DNA from: Callorhinchus milii
Lineage: Eukaryota
Direction: 5' to 3'
DNA length: 64,000 bases
NCBI RefSeq assembly: GCF_018977255.1
Contig: NW_024704743.1
Span: 21,082,001-21,146,000, forward strand
The notes under the pieces are model-generated. The model searched no databases, had not been told where the DNA came from, and saw nothing but the letters and a program-made list of their open reading frames with translations. This document shows positions 1 to 12,049 of this stretch, one piece after another. A program made the position numbers and the translations under genes. Numbering within the stretch: the first letter of the stretch is position 1; each line of letters begins with the position of its first letter.

Positions 1-453
1 TGTATACAAAATAAACGTGATTCTGCGTATAAACATAACCAACCTCTGTTGCATTGGAAGGAGCAAGGGCATGGAAAGTCAGGCATAATTTTTGAAATAT
101 TTGTTTATTTTTGTAGATTTAGGACATAGCACAGATAGGTTTGAAAATTGTTTAAATTAACACATTATTGAAAATGTTACCTTGTCGATAACTCTGCGTG
201 TGTGATTCCACCACAACTCCGTCATGAGGGTGGGACCCAAATTGCACTTGCCAGGTCCTGGATTGCAACATTGGATGCGGTCATTATGGCTTTATTCAAC
301 AACAAAATGACTGTAAGGCCTGTTGGTGGGCAAGTCCAAGGAATGCTGTGGCGTGTCTTCAGATTCAGGCCCAACCTTTATGACAGTTGGGGAGAGTGTG
401 ATGCCTGGTGAGGGGTATTGATGCCTGTTTAACCAGCTAAAACCACATAGCTT

Positions 454-678
454 AATAATAATCCTTGCATTTGATAAAGCGCTTTTCACGTCGGGAGGAC
501 GTCCCAAAGCGCTTCACAGAATACACTGTAAAGTGAATTGACTGTATATTTGTAGGCGAACGCGGCAGCCAATTGCGCACAGCAATGTCCCACAAACAGT
601 CGTAGATTGAAAATGACCAATTTATTATTGTTTTTTGGAGGGATTATTATTAGGCGTGTGGAGTAAGGAAACTTGCCA
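454..678 (-). mobile_element. tRNA-derived SINE (family A, short subfamily), 5'-truncated
   Basis: Near-identical to the copy at 10027-10185; ends in an L2-type tail hairpin and (ATT)n on the minus strand. Confidence 0.9.
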
Positions 679-699
679 ATATTCCCAGTGACTGATCTG

Positions 700-880
700 C
701 CTCTCCAAGTTCTATTCATTATCCAGGCTGTCTGGTCTATCATCAGCAGTGCCCTGGAGCACTGCAGACCTGCTTCACTCAGGAACCAGACCACTGAGAC
801 CACCAAATTCTGACATTCTGTTGCCAAGCATGTCACTTTCGAGCCAGCTCAGCTCAAACGAGAACTGTTTACCTCCTTCC
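700..880. repeat. Unclassified dispersed repeat (family C)
   Basis: Colinear similarity to 58940-59135, including an exact 19-mer TCATCAGCAGTGCCCTGGA (740-758 and 58979-58997). Confidence 0.75.
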
Positions 881-3544
881 CCCTCTAAGATGGATTCATC
901 TTATTCCAAGTTAGTGGTGGATAGAAACCTGCAGAGTATGCTGGTAACTGAAGGTTGTATTGATATACTGTATAGTTTAGGCTCACCAAATAGCTGAGGT
1001 AATGTACTTTTGAAATGATTGTATCACTACCACTAAGACTTGCTGACTTAGCAATACATCAGTGTATTGCTAAGTCAGACAAGTCTCTGCACACAAGAGC
1101 ACTGTGCAGAGCATGTGATTTCCTAGCCTCCTTTGGAGTAATTTGGTACTTTGTCACAATCATGAGATTACACATTCTCAGTTATAATGGAGAAGAAAAT
1201 GAAAAGTACTATATTTATTTCAAATCTTGTTCAAGGGTAGAGAAGAAATTACCTCAAGTTATTTTTAAACCGACACACTACTAATGTCTACAATGATAAT
1301 GGGACTGTAATGTTGCATCTTTTTAAATCTAGTATCCTATAATTAGACAATCGTTCAGCCATACACAGCAGAGCATCTGTAGAGTTGGGAGTTTGGGTTG
1401 ACAACAGTTGCTCAGCGACTATCCCAATATGATTCGGTTTAATGTGGCTTAATGGGGTGAATGGGAAAGACCTCGCTCACCAAAAACAACCTCTGACCTT
1501 GGCTTCATAGTTCCTGACAACTGATGCCACTCTCTGGATCTTTCTTCTGAAATCCCTCTGTCTCTCCCTCTCTGCCTTCAAACACCATCTAAAGACCTAA
1601 TTCTTTGACTATGGTTTTGGTCACCTGCTCTCCTCCCACCCTTGGCTCTCTCCCAGCTCAGATGCCCCATTATCCTTTATAAAACCCTTTGTGAATAGGC
1701 TTATAGAAGTGCGAATTATCACTGATGTTGTGTCTCACCACTGTGGGATACTCCATTGAAACCATACTTGTGCCATATACATGCATGCACATACACAGCC
1801 AGGAAATAATCAGTATTATATTCAGTGGAAGGTCACTGAAGCAAAGGAACAACCCAATACTTTGCTTATGTAAAACAGACACTTCCTGCTTAACAGCATT
1901 TATGCCTTCTGAATTAGAGTGAAGTCTGGTATTAATTAACTTAAATTGCATAATTCATTAAAATGTTAACTGCATTAGCATAAGAATTGGGCTTGCAGGA
2001 GCAGACAATATCTTGGTGCTTTTTTGATGGGCTGAAGTAAGCATCTTAAAGTGACAATTCTGTTGATCTGAAATGTGCTGTTGCAATTGTTTGAAGCACT
2101 GATGTTTAAATGTGCTTTAAAACTGTTGAATTTAAATTGGGACACCTCTGTAGAAGGTTCACAGATTGACTTCTAAAATTGTAAATTTTGTACCATAGTA
2201 GTAGCAGTGGTGTTAACATAAATGACATGAAACACAAAATTACAAAAGTAAAATACAATTCAAAATTGGTGTCAGTAGAGCTTTAAGTCAATCTGGCTCC
2301 AGGTTAGAGCAAAAATAACACCACCAACAACAACTTGCATTTATACAGCGTTCTTTACACAGGGAGTGTCTCAGAGTGCTTGGTAAACATAAGTTCTGGT
2401 GAATCCTGATAAACGGCAGATTAATTTGGGGGTTTACCGTAGCTTATATATGTTACCCTGCATTGTACAGTCAATTCACTTTACAGCAAATTCTGTGAAG
2501 TGCTTTGGGACGGCTCGAAGACCTGATAAGGCGCTATATCAAATGCAAGGATTATTATTATTAGCAAAATCTGTCCATACTGTTAGCCATTATTGGCAAA
2601 AGCATTGATTGGAAATACGTTTTGCAAAACAATACTGAGCTTCCCTATAGCTCCTAATGGATGAAGGTAACATGGCAATTGGAAGATTAAAGATTCAATT
2701 CCTGAAAATCATCCCTGGTTCACACAGGTTTGCAATTTAGAAACTCCTGCTAGAAGCAGCAAGGACACATCAGATAAGGATAGGATAAGATTGGGCTCAA
2801 CTGCAAGGTCCCCTACAGATGGTTAGCTCTAACACTCACTGAGCGGCCCACAAGAAAATATATTCTTGTACTCATTACCAATGTGAGTGCGCCCTTGTTT
2901 TCTTTTGTGTTTTTTCTTACCCCTAGATAAAGCAATCATTGTGTTAAAATCATCTCGTGCTGTCTGGTCAAATATACTCCAGGCTATTGCACAAAGTCAA
3001 TAAATGAAGAACACTATGGCAATGACTGCAAAAGTTCCTAGAATTTTACAGCACAGAAAGAGGTAATTTGGCTCATTATTTATGCCTGTGCTATCTAAGA
3101 GCAGTCACCATTTCATCCCACTCCCATGCCCTTTCTCTGTACACTTTAATATTTTTGTTTTTCAAATTGTATCAATCTAATTCCTTTAGCAGGTGAGCTG
3201 GTTGGACTGATAAATGGTTTAGCAATACGAAGCAAAAAGTGATGAATGGAAAAGTTCAGTCTGGGAGGCAGTAACCAAAAGAACCTTTCTTTGTTCTTCA
3301 CACTTTTCATAACTGAATGGAGCAGAGCATTTCTCGTAATATAAAATTTGCTGATGATGTTAAGCTAAGGGACCAAGTGAAGATGTAAGTAGGATGAAAA
3401 TTATTTAGAAAGAAGTGGCCAAATTAAACAAGAAGCAGTAAACTAAGGAACTGGAGTGAACATACAAAAGGGTATGTTGAGAAGTTTGTGTTCTTGTTTT
3501 TCATCATTATACTAACCTCAGAATCTATTGATCAAATAATAATA

Positions 3545-3703
3545 AATTGATCACTCAGTCCATGACTATTTGTGGGACACTGCTGCTTGTAATTGGCTGC
3601 TGCGTTTTGCCCACAAAATATACAGTCAATTCACTTTACAGTTTATTTTGTGAAGCACTTTGAGATATCTCGAAGATATCAAATGCAAAGATTATTATTA
3701 TTA
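3545..3703 (+). mobile_element. SINE family A, 3' half
   Basis: TTGTGGGACACTGCTG...ATATACAGTCAATTCACTTTACAG...CAAATGCAAAGATTATTATT tail. Confidence 0.8.
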
Positions 3704-3883
3704 CTACCACCACCACAACAACTTGCATTCATATCGGGCCCTCATGCAGGGTAGTGTTCCAGAGTGCTTGAACAATCTATTTTCGGTTTTCAAATATCAA
3801 TTAATTTCTTTAGCAGATCAGATGGTTGGACTGATAAATGATAGACATAGAGACTATCTATTTTCATTGCCCACACCACAAGG

Positions 3884-4165
3884 TGTTAGCCTGGCTTCCT
3901 TGGTAACATTCTTATCTCTGAGTCAGAAGGTTGGTGGTTCAAGTCCCACGTAGAAACTTTGAGTTTAGACACCTATTTAGTGATGGTGGAGCACTGCATT
4001 GAGATATTAAACTGAGATCTCATCTGCCTGCAGAGGTGGACTTTGAAGATCCCACTGTTTGAAAAGAAGGGAATTTTGGCTAACAACCCTCCATATCAAT
4101 TGCTCATTCACTTCATGGCTGTTTATGGGATATTGCTGCGCCAAAATTGGCTATGCAGTCACTAC
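3884..4165 (+). mobile_element. DeuSINE (family B), degenerate
   Basis: tRNA-like head (CTCTGAGTCAGAAGGTTGGTGGTTCAAGTCCCAC) plus Deu-like core (TTAAACTGAGATCTCATCTGCCTG...AAGATCCCA). Confidence 0.75.
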
Positions 4166-4649
4166 ATGAACTTACTAGTTGTGAACAAATTGGTCCTGAG
4201 ATTACATGTCTGCTAGGACCAACTTCAGGAGACGATGCCCCATGAGATGTTTATCCTACAACCTTTGGTTGAATTTTCCAGAGGTGAAAACATTATATTT
4301 TATCCTATTGTGTCATCTTATTTTCTATGCATGTCCTTATTCCACAAAATAAGTGGTTGAGAATGTTTAAACCACTTAGAGTATTGGATTCAGTATTGAA
4401 ATTAGAAGATGGTACCATGGCTAATCCTGAATGAATTTGTAGCTAAATGATTCGAACAGGGAATATATGAATACATATGCTGTATTTTAAAATGAATAAA
4501 AAAAACACCAAAAGGACAAATTACTTTGTCTTGTGGTTAAAAGTGGTACATCAGCCAGCATCGCAATTTTCAGTCAGACTGGTGTACAATATTGATAGTG
4601 GGAGTATTGCCCTACAACGACAGGGCTTAGCCTATGATCCTCAGCAATA

Positions 4650-4978
4650 TCTTAGTATCCTTTTCCTGATCCTCAAATCCCTTTACAATCTTGCTTCGCC
4701 ATACCTTTGCAATTTCCTGCCAGCACCCTCTGCTCTTGCAGTTGTAATCTCCTGTTTGGTTTTCACTTCCTGCACCCCATCATCAGTGCTTGAACCTTTA
4801 GCCACTAATACCCCTGCTCTCTGGACTCTTTTTCAAAATCCCTTTGTCTTGTCCTTTTCCTCTCTTGCCTTCAAATCCAAGTTAAAAACATATCTTTTTA
4901 ACGATGCCTTTGCTCAACACACAAACTTCTACTCATTTCTTCCATACAAATGTAATCTTGTTGTTGTTATTGTTGTTT
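4650..4978 (+). mobile_element. Old L2 LINE 3' fragment
   Basis: ORF 4477-5034 contains ILFLILKSLYNLASPYL and AFKSKLKTYLFNDAF, matching the L2 ORF2 C-terminus; (TTG)n tail. Confidence 0.8.
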
Positions 4979-5399
4979 GTTTGATTAACCCAACCTCAGA
5001 AGGAGGTTCTGAAGTTGGGTGTAGCAAGAAATGACGATAACTGAATAGGTAGGAAAGAAGGAGCAGTTAGAGGGTGTTGACCAAAGGTCTAGTCATTGAA
5101 ATGCCTTGAGAAGAGGAGTCAGTTGATTTAAACAGGTGCTGTCTTTGCAGAAAATAGTTGTGTTTGCAAACGTATAACACAAAATAAATGAGATCAAATG
5201 CATCGCTTGCTTATGAAAGGTAAAATGCAACCCATCGCCTTTTATCAATCAGTTGCCCTGGTAAATCTTTTAAGCATAGTGCGTTTGTCCTGTAACATGG
5301 CTGTGAGTGGTAATTTTGATTTGGTTGGCAATGCAGTAAGATAAACGAGCCGGTGCCTACAATCTTTACTGGCCACTGGTGGGCTCAGAGATGAGGATA

Positions 5400-5548
5400 C
5401 TTTTCTACTCTGTCATGGGCAGTGAAATCAATGCCAGCAACTTGGATGAAATTCATTCACTGAAGAGAGTCCAAGGATCAAACCTGAGACCGTCTCAGTC
5501 TGTGTGGTTTGGCTGCTCACTGGATAAACTCACTGAGCCACCTGTGGG
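5400..5548 (-). mobile_element. AmnSINE2-like SINE head, old
   Basis: Minus strand reads GTGGCTCAGTGAGT...CAGACTGAGACGGTCTCAGGTTTGATCC, a tRNA-like head resembling AmnSINE2 as recalled. Confidence 0.5.
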
Positions 5549-6477
5549 GCTATACGTCTGCTGATTGAAGCAGTTCTGTTGTAGGAGCTCATGGTCCAGG
5601 TTGACACTCCAGTGAAATGCTTTGAGAGCGCAACATAGTCAGAGGTACTGTCCTTCGGATAAGACGCTTAAAAAAAAGTTCCTGTTGCATCAGACTTTGG
5701 AATCTAGTCCTTCTCTTTCCTCACAGCCATTTCTCTTCTACTTCCATTGCTCATCTATATTCATTGCCACTTTTTTTGCAAGGTATATTTGTATCTGAAT
5801 TTGTAGGGCACTGGCATTTAGGAGAAGAATGTATGGAAATAGCAAAATGTCAGGAAAACATAGCTCCCATAAAGGTCAGTTATCCATGAATATCATTTAA
5901 TTTTGTCAACCAGTGCACTTCAGGTCACAGCCTGTACTTGTTGCTCAGATGCCTGCAATGTGTGGGTTTCCTCAGTCAAATAGAAGTTATGATTCTGTTA
6001 ACATAATAAAAATATCTGGTCTATGTCCTGGAGACTGGAAACCAGGAAGGTAGAGAATGTTTATGCTGAGTTCTCCAGTAGAATTCATGAGGGAAGACCT
6101 TTATTGCTGTTTGATTAAAGTTCCCTCAGGATGGCATGATTTGGTGTAATAAATTCCCTCTGATGGGCTGTTAGTTTTCAGCTGAGGTTTAATGGTCGCA
6201 GATAAGCATGAGACAGAGTTAATAGGAATGGTGCACATCTGTTATTCGAGCATTCCGTCAGGATTAATGCCGAACTGAAGTTGAAAACGTTCTTGCCTAA
6301 CACATTGGCTGTAAACCTATTATACCTTCTTCAATATTTCGGGCTTTGAAAATCTGCTCCTCTGCACAGCTGGCCAGAGATGGAGCCTTCTCCACCAATA
6401 GAGGACATCACTGCTGTCATGCTAATAGACTGCAAAGAAAAGAAAGATCTCAAATGTTGGAACTCTGACGTGAAAAT

Positions 6478-6680
6478 AACAACAGCAACAACAACAACTT
6501 GGATTTATATAGCGCCCTCCACGCCGGACAGCGTCTCAGAGCGTTTCACAGTAAGGGATCCCGGGGCTGATAAAGGGATGGGAAGTGGTGGGAAGGTGAT
6601 CAAAGATGCGGTCGAAAAGAAAGGTCTTCAGCAGAGACCTGAAAATGGGAAGGGAGGGGGCGAGACGAAGGGAGAATGCT
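6478..6680 (-). mobile_element. L2 3' end (second tail variant)
   Basis: (CAA)n then TTATATAGCGCCCTCCACGC...GCGTCTCAGAGCGTTT hairpin and antisense of the LKT.LF motif. Confidence 0.7.
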
Positions 6681-7279
6681 TTCAATGCACAGCAGAGCAG
6701 GCAGCATCAGAAGGGTCTGACAATAAAATGCTTTCATATTGTCGGATTCATGTCGACCCACTGCAGATTTACAGCATTTTCTGCATTTGTTGGATGCCGA
6801 GCAACTAAAGGCCCGAAATCCACCTATCTCAAGGACCTGCAAAACACATTTTGTTGTTAGATTTAAGAATTGTGCAAAATTCCTGAATTCAATCTGAAAT
6901 TAAATCCTGATTCTTTTTAAGGTCTGTGGAAAACCAGCTTCCAAATTAAAGGTGAATGTATTTTCCACAGTATGGTGCCATCTTAAATTTTTAGACAAAA
7001 TAGTCTTGTAATTTAAGACTCGATTGAACTTTAAGTCATAATTGGTTATTATAACTAACAAATACAGTGTCTTGTGAGGGTATCTGTGGTACAACTCAAT
7101 TTACTAGAGCAGCGTTTGAATAGTATTTCTCAACATTGAAATAACAGCAACTCAGTGAATTTGTTTTTAATTTGTGGCATAAATGAATATCCTAGGATAA
7201 CACCCTAAATAGATGGAGTCATTTTGAAATACATTTTGATATCTTTAATAAATTGTTTACAATTTTTTTTAACAATCAT

Positions 7280-7560
7280 GAGAAGCAGTGTAACTAGAGG
7301 GCATCAGTTTAAGGTCATTAGGAAGGGAGCAAGGGCCTTCTTAATCCAAATTAATCTTGTGATTTTGTGAAAAGGGACGATTAGGAGTAATTTTTGTTAC
7401 ACAGAGACTTGTTAGATGTGGAATGCTGTGCCGGGTGTGGTGGTCAAGGCAGAATCAATATTAATTTTCAAGAGAGAACTAGATAGATATCCAAAAATGG
7501 GGAAAAGGTAAGCGAATGGGACTGAATGGATCGTCTTTCAAAGAGCCAGCACGTACACTA
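7280..7560 (+). mobile_element. CR1 LINE 3' end, degenerate
   Basis: ACTAGAGGGCATCAGTTTAAG (TRGH motif), TTCAAGAGAGAACTAGATAG and CR1-type 3' UTR. Confidence 0.7.
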
Positions 7561-8129
7561 CAAAATGCTAAGGTTCGATGGAGTGAAAGGAAAAGTATTG
7601 TGGGGTATATGTGGGGTTATGACACACAAACACTTGGAAGTAACCAGTCAATGTGAGGCAGTTGTTAACATGGGAAATCAAATATTGAAGTGTACAGTAT
7701 CTGACGAGGAACCGTTTGTTATATGATGTCGAAAATGTAATCATTGTCACCGGTTATACTATCAGGAACTCCATTCTTGTCAATGTGTGACTTTAAAGGT
7801 GAGCTAAGATGGTATTCCAGAAACTGGCACTAAAATGTCAGAATCCATGTGGCAAGAGGCTCAATATGGTTGTGAGCTGCCTCATTGGCCCCCATCCGTA
7901 TCTTTGGGTCAACCATTTTAACAAAATGATAGGGTGGGGGGGTGGGGAGGCAGGGGGAAGTTGCTACTGACGGAGTCAGAATTGAATGGTGTGATAATAT
8001 TACCAGAGATAATTTTCATATCAAATGTTATATTTTCAACCCATGATCAATCACCAAAAGAATAAAGGCACATTGAAAAGAATTCAGTGTCTGGTCTTGG
8101 TGTCTTGAGTTGTGATGGTTTACATGGTT

Positions 8130-8305
8130 AATGTCCACCTAAATGGTTAGATGGGACCTTGGTTTGATATCTCATCCAAAGGACAGCATCTCCAACAATG
8201 CAGCCCACCTCTAGCACTGCATTAGAGTATGAGTTCAAAGTGGGACTTGAACCCACAACCTTTTGACTCAAAGCTGAGAGTGCTAACAACTGAGCCAGGC
8301 TGACA
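8130..8305 (-). mobile_element. DeuSINE (family B), 5' half
   Basis: Reverse complement of the GTCAGCCTGGCTCAGTT...GGGTTCAAGTCCCAC head and the GGATGAGATATCAAACC core. Confidence 0.85.
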
Positions 8306-8333
8306 CCCGAATATTAGTTGGTAATATCTGATA

Positions 8334-8622
8334 TTCGGATGAGATGTTAAACCGAGATCCCATCTGCCTGTTCGGGTGGATGCTAATGATCCTATGGCAC
8401 TATTTGTAAAGAGAAGGGAGTTTTTTCCGGTGTCCTGGCTAACAATCCCCCAAAATAAAAAAACTGGTCACTCACTCCGTGGCTGTTTGTGGCACATTTC
8501 TGTGCGCAACTGGCTGCTGCGTTTTGGCCACAAAATACACAGCCACTTTACACTGTGAAGCACTTTAGACAGCTCAACGACATGATAAGGTTCTATATCA
8601 AATGCAAGGATTATTATTATTA
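8334..8622 (+). mobile_element. DeuSINE (family B), Deu domain plus L2-type tail
   Basis: TTCGGATGAGATGTTAAACCGAGATCC...ATGGCACTATTTGTAAAGAG...GGTGTCCTGGC core; tail ends CAAATGCAAGGATTATTATT. Confidence 0.9.
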
Positions 8623-9360
8623 AGATGTGTGCAGGAGCAGCCTGACTGAGATGCACCTACTTTTATGTTTCCTTTATGTAGTGTAGTGTTGCAATTCAGA
8701 GCTCAGCCCTTGAACCCGTGTTCCTGGATTCTGTGGTATTTCACTTGCATGCTGGGCATCCTTTACAAAGTCCTTTTGAAAATGAGACAGTGCAGTCAAA
8801 CAGCATGCAGATCAGCAAAGACATCTAAGGTTTGTTGTGGGTAAATTCATGAACGCATGATCCTAGTCCTTAGCTGTGATTCAAAAGGCAATTAAGATTC
8901 CAGATCACCTTTAACAGATTCTGGGTTGCACAAGGAATGTGATTAGACAATAACTCAAAAGAGGTTATTTGCTGTCTAAGGCCATGATCAAATCCCTTGA
9001 TCAACATAATTCTTGAAAATGGGTAAATTCAGCATACATTTGAAAGCAGGTTTCCTGCATTTGTTAAAAATTACCACAGAAAACCAGCTTCCAAACTAAC
9101 ACTGAATTATGAATTTTCCAAAGTTCTGCACAATATTTTTAAGGTTGAAGACCATGAGCAATTTGGGACCTCTGTTCACTTAATCATATGGAGGATGTTT
9201 CTGCCTTTGAAGTGGGTGTTAAATTGAGGAAGAAATACGATTTAGATGTTTCAGAAATATAGAGTACTGCAAGAAAGTTAAGAAAACTGGGCTCGCTTTC
9301 TTTGAAAAGAGACTTTGAGGTGACCTCATTGAAATTTTCAGTATATGGACTACATTGAAC

Positions 9361-10026
9361 CAATAACAACAAAATGTAAAGCGCCTTTCACATCGGGAGG
9401 ACATCCCAAGGCGCTGAACAGTCAGGGATTAGGAACCGAGTGTGAGGGGACAGGGTTGGGGTGAGGGAGGGCAAAGAGGTAGGAAGGAGGCTGAAGGCAT
9501 GGTTGAAAAGTAGGGTCTTGAGTTGTGCCTTAAAAGAGGCAAGGGAGGGAGCAAGACGAAGGGACTGCGGGATCGAGTTCCAAAGGGTAGGGCAGAGACA
9601 CTGAAAGTCTGGCTACCGATGGGATGGCGGGTTGGGCATGGAGCAGGCGAGAGCCTGCTGAGCGCAGGGAGCGGACAGGTTAATAGGGGGTCAGCAGGTC
9701 ATAGATGTAGGAGGGGGCAAGACCGTGGAGGGCCTTGAAGGTGAGGACGAGGATTTTGAATTCTATCCTCTGAGGGATGGGGAGCCAGTGGAGCTGGGCG
9801 AGGGTGGGGTTGATGGGGTCACAGAGCCTGGTGCGGGAGAGGACACGAGCTGCAGAGGTCTGGATGATCTACAGCTTGTGGAGGGAAGAGTTGGGGAGGC
9901 CAACAAGCAGGGAGTTTCCGTAGTCAAGTCTTGAGGTGACGAATGCATGTATGAGGGTTGTGGCGGCCTGAGGGATGAGGCAGTGGCGGAGTCGGCAATG
10001 TTGCCGATGTGGGGGAAGGTAGAGCA
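9361..10026 (-). mobile_element. L2 LINE, 5'-truncated
   Basis: Minus-strand ORF2 C-terminus ([28 protein letters not shown]), C-rich 3' UTR and tail hairpin. Confidence 0.95.
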
Positions 10027-10270
10027 GGTAAAGTGAATTGACTGTATATTTGTGGGCGAACGCGGCAGCCAATTGCGCACAGCAGTGTCCCACAAACAGT
10101 CGTAGATTGAAAATGACCAATTTTTATTATTGTTTTTGGTTTTGGAGGGATTATTATTAGGCGTGTGGAATAAGGAAACTTGCCCAAGGTTTCGCCCTGA
10201 CCTGCCTGGAATTGAACTCAGGTCTCTCGCTTGCAAAGCAAGTGCTCTAACCACTGAGCTACAGGAATCC
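10027..10270 (-). mobile_element. SINE family A head and body without its own tail, fused to L2
   Basis: Minus strand CTGTAGCTCAGTGGTTAGAGC (box A) and GAGTTCAATTCC (box B), TGC anticodon-like loop; body runs directly into L2 ORF2. Confidence 0.9.
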
Positions 10271-10834
10271 AGGCAAATTGTTCACTGTTGTAAAGAGTTT
10301 TCATACCAGGGCACATTATGAGTTTTAGAGTAAAAACAACATCTTTTTATTTATATATTATTTGTTTCTATAACTTATTGGATCACTTTACGTGAGTGGG
10401 GTTGGACAGTGAAAGGGTGGGGGGTGGTGACCATTGGTGAGAAGAGAAAGCAGGCAGTACTTTTCTGCCATAGGGCAATAAAGAGACTTGTCTGTGTTGA
10501 GGAGAATACCACTTGCGGTCAGCTACACCCTGGGTTTGTATTGAAGTTATCCACACAAGGCAGTTTATTTTGTTTGCCTCTATTTGGTGGATTAGACCCC
10601 TCCAGTCTTGAAGTGCTAACTCAGACTGGGGAACAGTACCGCTGCAGCCATTTGGACTTTTATTCATTGTGAACGGAAGCGTCGACTGTGGGAGCATCAT
10701 AACTGAAGCTAATTCTAATCTTATGTATTTGCACCCATGGACTTTCACACAGGATTTGCTGCATACAGTCAGGTGCAGAAATTCTATGCAGTTCCCCAAC
10801 CCCAAAAAGATTCTGAGACCAATTACAGAACTGT

Positions 10835-11105
10835 TAATAATAATAATAATAATCCCTGCATTTAAAATAGTGATTATAATGTCAAGACATCTCAAAGTGC
10901 TACACAAGGAATTGCTGTTTAGCGCAGTGACTATGTATGGAGGCAAATGTGGTAGCCAATTTGTGCACCTCAAAGTCCCACAAACAGCCATGGAGTATTT
11001 ATGTGGAAGTTTGTTGTCTATGACACCAGGAGAAGTTCCCTTTTTGAATAGTGTCATGAGATCTTTATTATCCATCTGAAAGGGCAGACCGTCTCAGTTA
11101 ACGCA
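10835..11105 (-). mobile_element. DeuSINE (family B), 3' part
   Basis: (AAT)n tail, CCCACAAACAGCCATG body and AATAGTGTCATGAGATCTTTA antisense Deu core. Confidence 0.8.
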
Positions 11106-12049
11106 TGATCTTTTGAACTCTTGGTTGTCTACTATGAGCATGATTATTGTGACTAAAATCTGGATTGTTGAATTGGCTTGTGGTTACAACAAATTGCATT
11201 TATATAGTACCTTTCACTTTGGGATGACAGTCGGGGGTTGGCAGTTACTTCCGAAGAATAGAAAAACCCAATCTTTAAGTGAATAGTAACCTATGATGAA
11301 ATTCTAGTACTGTACAAAAACAATATTTGTGCATAAACATTTAATTTATGACCCGTGTTCATTTATTACAACATGTTACTGAATTATACATGATTCAATT
11401 AAAATGCAATCTTGAGTTAAAAGTGTGAGGTTGGTAAAGGCATAAATATGAAAAGTATCAACAGTCTGAAGGTTAAAAAAGGAGTGACTTCAAGGCAGTA
11501 ATCTCATCAAAGGGTTCAGAGTTTCATTGTTGCAATTGTGATATTATCTGACCTCCTCGATGGGATTACTGCCATATAATCAATCCTGGTATTCATTGCT
11601 GTACATATCAAGCTGTAAGTTTTTTCTGAGCTGTATTTTTGTTGTGGTGGACAGATAATTAAGTGGTTTGAAATGTATTGGATGTATTCATTAAGTATGT
11701 TGTCAGTATATATTGGATTTTTCTTGTTGTAATTCCCACAATGATGCTCAGCAAATCCACAAAGGGAGGAAAGCTGTTAATTAGGAGCAGAATACTGTAG
11801 TTCATGTGGCTATTTCAGCATTGCATTAATACTTGAGTTTTTGTTTTAGCTAGATCAGATCTTTAGTGTATTTATGACCTTGCATAAAGAAAGTTTTAGG
11901 GGTTGGGTGATCCCAACTGCATAAGTAGAAAGCACCTCTAACAACGCAACACTCTTCCAGCACTGTATTGGAATGTAACCTTAGAATATGAGCTCCAAGT
12001 CCTGACCTGGGGCTTGAACTCACAGCCTTCTTTCTGCCTGAAGGCAGAT

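Noticed and set aside
10383..11079. Long ORFs of 230 aa (minus) and 136 aa (plus)
   Set aside because: They overlap a DeuSINE and an (AAT)n tail and show no protein-like features.
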